64,000 nt of DNA from an uncultured Chloroflexia bacterium (GTDB lineage Bacteria; Chloroflexota; Chloroflexia; QHBQ01; JADMIH01), in contig CAWCNY010000004.1 of NCBI GenBank assembly GCA_963797095.1, positions 1 to 64,000 on the forward strand. Reading direction: 5' to 3'. This document shows positions 60,344-64,000 of this stretch, one piece after another. A program made the translations under genes and the position numbers. Position 1 is the first letter of the stretch. Every line of letters begins with the position of its first letter. The notes beneath the pieces were generated by a model. It had not been told where the DNA came from. It saw nothing but the letters and a program-made list of their open reading frames with translations, and searched no databases.

Positions 60344-63043
60344 TCAGGTGCTTTCGCGGTGGGGGCGCGACGTGAAACGCAGGTCTTTTAGAGAGATCGA
60401 CAGTCTGCGAACCGCCACATCGAGGGGGAACAGAATGATCGCCGCGAGAAGCAGCCAGGGCCAAAGTGGCACGCGCTCAGGCTGTGTGGGAAGGTTGTGC
60501 GTCCAGACTGCACTCGTGTCGTCCAGTGACAGTAGACTGCCACCTCCGAGCTGCGCCATGTCATTGATGAAGTCGCTTGCCACCTGCGCTTTGTTATCGA
60601 TCATAGCGTATTCACTTGAGTATGGCACCACTAATCCAGAGATGTCGCGCGCTACGAGAGCTTGTTCAATGCCATCGCGCTGCTCTATACGCGTCTGGTA
60701 GACGTCTTGTTGCAGTCCCCTGGCAGTGCCGACATAGACGCCTGGCGAGTCCTGCGCAAGGGGTATGGTGGTACTAACACCAGTAGTATCAGTTAATACC
60801 AGGGTGGTTTGCAAGCCGTTGCGCGGCGTACCCTGCGAGTCAAGTGATTGGACGTTCACCTGCAAGTCTTGTTTGCCGCTTGTGGTCGATGGCGACAGTT
60901 GATAGGTGGTTTCCAGACCGGAGGAGTCGGAAGCGGAAACGGTCCATTGCACCAACTGGGCCGCGAACTGCGAGAACTGCGGCCAGGTAACCCAATCAGT
61001 GGCCCAGCGCCCTTTCATATCTGGCGTCCAGGCAACCGAGTGGCCCAGTCCATATTGCCATTGAGCCAGTATAGGATCGCCATCGGGTGACAGCAAGACG
61101 CCATCGGCGGTTGGCTTGAGGGTGGTAGCGTTGTAGCCTTGCAAGAGGGGCAAATCACCGGTGTCCAGGCCGCGCAGAATCTGACTTTGCTTGCCCAGGA
61201 CGGGGCGAACACTCTTTTCGACATAGTATTGCCCGGCGAGGCGCACCGTCTCCTTGAGTAGCACGTCGGGCAGAGTGTATATGTCGGTGGCCGTGTAGTA
61301 ACGGCCGCCTCCTTCCTCGGCAAGAGTCTTCAAAACCTCGCCTGGCCCCTCTCCAGCGCCAACAGTGCTCAATGTGATGTTGCTGGCTTGAATCTCGCTC
61401 AGAAGGGTCGAGAAATCGGCCTGCTGAGTCCAACCATCGCTTATGAGAATGATATGCTTGAGACCGGCGTCCGTGCTATGTAACTGATCGATGGCGGCCT
61501 GCAAACCGGCGTAGAGATTGGTTGGCGCACCTTCCGCCGAAACATCCTTCAGGTCATTGCTGATACCGTCCGATCCGATGTCACCCATTGGGGTCATATC
61601 AATTAAGTCGTGGGCATCAGCGTCGAAACCCACTACACCGATGCTGTCGGAGGAGTTAAGGAGATCGGCGGCCCGCGCGATGGCTTGCTTGGCGATTTCG
61701 ACTTTGCTGGGTCCGAACTCGGTACGCATGGAAGGATCGAAGGTGGTTTCGGTTCCACAGTGACACCGACCCATGCTACCCGATTTGTCAATGAGGAAGG
61801 TCATGGCAATAGAGGCGCGTTGCTCGGAGGTGCGCACATCCATGGTGACGGGAAGCACCTGCTCAATAGGCGAGCGCAGATAGCCGCCCGCGCCGTAGCT
61901 TAGTTCACCTCCGACCATCACGAGACCGCGACCAAGGTCGCGCACGTAAGACTGCAGCATCGCCTGACGCTCAACACCCAGCGCATCTGTAGATACATTG
62001 GCAAGGACGACTGTGTCGTACGCAGATAGGCTGTCGAGGTTGACGGGCATGCCATTGACGGGCTTGATCGTGGCTTCGATGTTGCTGGCTTCAAGGGCGC
62101 GCCGCAGCGGCTCGCCATCTTCGTCCGAGCCAGCTACGATCAGGACTGACGGAGGAGTAGAGACTACCGTGTAGGACTCGGCGGAGTTATTTTCCTGGTA
62201 CTTATCGTCCGGAGAGGAAACTTCGGCGCGCAGAACCTGGAAGCCCTGTTGGTCGGCTTGCAAGTTGAATTGGACGACAGTTTTGCCGCTCCTTATGTCC
62301 ACATCCTGCTGACCAACCGGGACGTTATCGTCATAGAGAGTCACGGATGCATGGCGGTCGGAAGTGCTCTGGAGCATTACGCGTGCCTCGTATTGCTGGC
62401 CTGCTGGCACGGATTGAGGGCTTGACACACCTTCAACGGCTACTTCATTGTCCGAAGCACCGCCCAGAGGAACCACCGAAAGTTCGACGCCGGCGGCATG
62501 AGCCTGGGCGATCAGGTCGCGGGCGTCAGCCACTGTTTGCAGGCCATCGGTCAGCAGCACCAAACGCCGCGAACCGCCTTCGGGGAAGAGGGCGAGTCCG
62601 GACTGTATTGCATCGCGTATGTTGGTGGCCAAAGCTCCGGGCACGCGGGGCGATGGCCGCCAGGCAGCATCGCCTGAGATGGCACGATCTACAAGGGCGT
62701 TCTCGCCGAAACGTACGACCCCCCCCTGCTCGTCGGGGGTCATCCGGGCGAGTGATTGCTGCACGTAGTCGTGAGCCGCTTGGCGGAGCTCAGGAGAGAC
62801 GCTGCCGGACTCGTCTATTAAAAAGACGACATTGAGAGGCCCACCGCTCGATATCCATTGAAGGCCGGCGATGGCGAGTGTAAGGAGGAGCAAGATGAGC
62901 GAGCGTATAACTATGCTGGCCCGGATGCGAGCACGATCGCGAGGGCGCGCCCTGGCGCTGAGGATGCCAAGATAGACCACAGGCGGGATGGTAAGAAGCA
63001 AGAGGAGTGATTCTGGCTCGGCAAGGTTGAAGGGGAGGTCCAA
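60344..63043 (-). CDS. Membrane-anchored protein with two VWA domains and a glutamine-amidotransferase-like domain
   Basis: MIDAS motifs DESGS and DKSGSM, LLTDG/LISDG, W..GLG..VAW, N- and C-terminal TM. Confidence 0.85.
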   Translation of the reverse strand: MDLPFNLAEPESLLLLLTIPPVVYLGILSARARPRDRARIRASIVIRSLILLLLTLAIAGLQWISSGGPLNVVFLIDESGSVSPELRQAAHDYVQQSLARMTPDEQGGVVRFGENALVDRAISGDAAWRPSPRVPGALATNIRDAIQSGLALFPEGGSRRLVLLTDGLQTVADARDLIAQAHAAGVELSVVPLGGASDNEVAVEGVSSPQSVPAGQQYEARVMLQSTSDRHASVTLYDDNVPVGQQDVDIRSGKTVVQFNLQADQQGFQVLRAEVSSPDDKYQENNSAESYTVVSTPPSVLIVAGSDEDGEPLRRALEASNIEATIKPVNGMPVNLDSLSAYDTVVLANVSTDALGVERQAMLQSYVRDLGRGLVMVGGELSYGAGGYLRSPIEQVLPVTMDVRTSEQRASIAMTFLIDKSGSMGRCHCGTETTFDPSMRTEFGPSKVEIAKQAIARAADLLNSSDSIGVVGFDADAHDLIDMTPMGDIGSDGISNDLKDVSAEGAPTNLYAGLQAAIDQLHSTDAGLKHIILISDGWTQQADFSTLLSEIQASNITLSTVGAGEGPGEVLKTLAEEGGGRYYTATDIYTLPDVLLKETVRLAGQYYVEKSVRPVLGKQSQILRGLDTGDLPLLQGYNATTLKPTADGVLLSPDGDPILAQWQYGLGHSVAWTPDMKGRWATDWVTWPQFSQFAAQLVQWTVSASDSSGLETTYQLSPSTTSGKQDLQVNVQSLDSQGTPRNGLQTTLVLTDTTGVSTTIPLAQDSPGVYVGTARGLQQDVYQTRIEQRDGIEQALVARDISGLVVPYSSEYAMIDNKAQVASDFINDMAQLGGGSLLSLDDTSAVWTHNLPTQPERVPLWPWLLLAAIILFPLDVAVRRLSISLKDLRFTSRPHREST

Positions 63044-63046
63044 AGG

Positions 63047-64000
63047 TTACATCCTTTCCAATCTGCTGGCCGAGCGCTGGGTCTGCCATTCGACTATGGC
63101 GCGACGTATGGCAATGCGCTGGGCGTAGAGCCACTCTATAAGTAGGGCGAGTATGCCGAGAAGCGCGACGGTAGGCCAAAGCTCACGCTTGAATAACTCG
63201 CCGTTGGAGGCACTAGGTGGTTCTCCCTCGGCACTGTCACCCACGGCGGCTCCCGAAGGCGGTAAGGCAGGCGATGCGCTGGGCATGGATAGTGATTCGG
63301 AGCGCGAAAAGAGGTTTACAGCAAAGGCTTCCTGAGCCACAATCTCGTCGCCTGCGTACTGAGTGACGTAGTATACGCCCTGGCGCGCTGTGTTGCCGTA
63401 GGCAACTCTATCAGTGGCTTGTGTGATGGGGATGTCGGTTTCGGTGGCCGTAGGGTCTTCAATGACGACACTGGTAACCTGGGAGGAGACCAGGGAAATG
63501 CCGACAGGCTGACCTGGAGCGACCTCGGCAGGGAGGCCGCCTGCGGGTAGTGGCAGTAGATAGGTTGTCAGGTTGCGAATGAGCAAGGGGAACGCTGTCT
63601 GGAGAGGAAGATCGGAGTCGCGGAGGTCAAAGGCGAAGATTACGATGTTGCGGCCATCTTGTTCGCCCGCGACTATGAGAGGGTCGGTCCCACTGGCAGC
63701 AAGCACACGTCCCCAGGTTGGTTTCTCCATTTGGATGGCGTTGGAAATGTGCGCACTGGATAGGTCAACGAACTTCAGCAGAGGCTCGCGATCAGAGGCT
63801 GAGGTGGCGTCCTCAGGACGGGTGGAGGTGACTTCAGGCGCTGTCAGCACGCCAGTGACGCTTATGAGGGGATTTGAGGACGGAGCGAAAAGCATCAGAC
63901 CGCCGGGAGGGAGGGTCTGCAGTGTGGTGGTTGGCACACCGGCGTCGAAGATAGTGAGGTCGAAGGGCACGCCATTGAGAGAGGCGTCCGGCGAGTAGTC
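63047..64000 (-). CDS. C-terminal part of BatA/VWA-associated membrane protein (5' end outside window)
   Basis: SDLPLQ.AFPLL..N, FAVNL...ES, ELWP...L..L..EW C-terminus; adjacent to VWA gene. Confidence 0.75.
   Translation of the reverse strand, partial: DYSPDASLNGVPFDLTIFDAGVPTTTLQTLPPGGLMLFAPSSNPLISVTGVLTAPEVTSTRPEDATSASDREPLLKFVDLSSAHISNAIQMEKPTWGRVLAASGTDPLIVAGEQDGRNIVIFAFDLRDSDLPLQTAFPLLIRNLTTYLLPLPAGGLPAEVAPGQPVGISLVSSQVTSVVIEDPTATETDIPITQATDRVAYGNTARQGVYYVTQYAGDEIVAQEAFAVNLFSRSESLSMPSASPALPPSGAAVGDSAEGEPPSASNGELFKRELWPTVALLGILALLIEWLYAQRIAIRRAIVEWQTQRSASRLERM

Noticed and set aside
1-64000. CRISPR array, rRNA, tRNA or recognisable riboswitch
   Set aside because: No regularly spaced repeat-spacer series or recognisable RNA-gene motifs seen by eye; tandem repeats found have no spacers. 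An Infernal scan was not possible.

Overview
Bacterial chromosome segment, most likely Chloroflexota (inferred from SLH/Pro-Thr-linker surface proteins, a PGMPSTG-type sorting tail, Uma2 paralogues and XRE-NB-ARC-TPR regulators). Layout: (1) 1-2.7 kb: end of an ABC exporter plus oppC/oppB-type permeases. (2) 2.8-18.6 kb, an accessory island: a tyrosine-recombinase/Tn3-transposase remnant with a TnpI/IRS-like recombination site and a 217-bp MITE inside the transposase; a 6.5-kb membrane-protein operon (CPBP protease, Lnt-like enzyme, acyltransferase-3 and others) bracketed by a ~420-460-bp inverted duplicated regulatory/leader module; IS6; Uma2; a truncated SARP; a TnsB/Mu-like fragment; an internally deleted IS1182-like element with intact ends and a 7-bp TSD. 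(3) 18.6-33.7 kb, a surface-glycan locus: GNAT, PIG-L deacetylase, Wzy/WaaL-like protein, NPPY methyltransferase, three GT-C-like proteins, a SpoIID-PA14-dockerin-cohesin protein, wzm/wzt. (4) pepA, ferredoxin-NADP reductase, SLH amidase, ppa. (5) 39.3-47.8 kb, a second accessory island: IS relics, a 661-aa unknown protein with a duplicated helical module, a methyltransferase, a STAND regulator, a decayed TA pair, Uma2. (6) ferredoxin, leucine/propionate catabolism genes, pxpBC/pxpA and VWA proteins. I saw no rRNA, tRNA or CRISPR array. Product calls come from motif recognition by eye; no database searches were run. Several frameshifts could be sequencing errors rather than pseudogenes.
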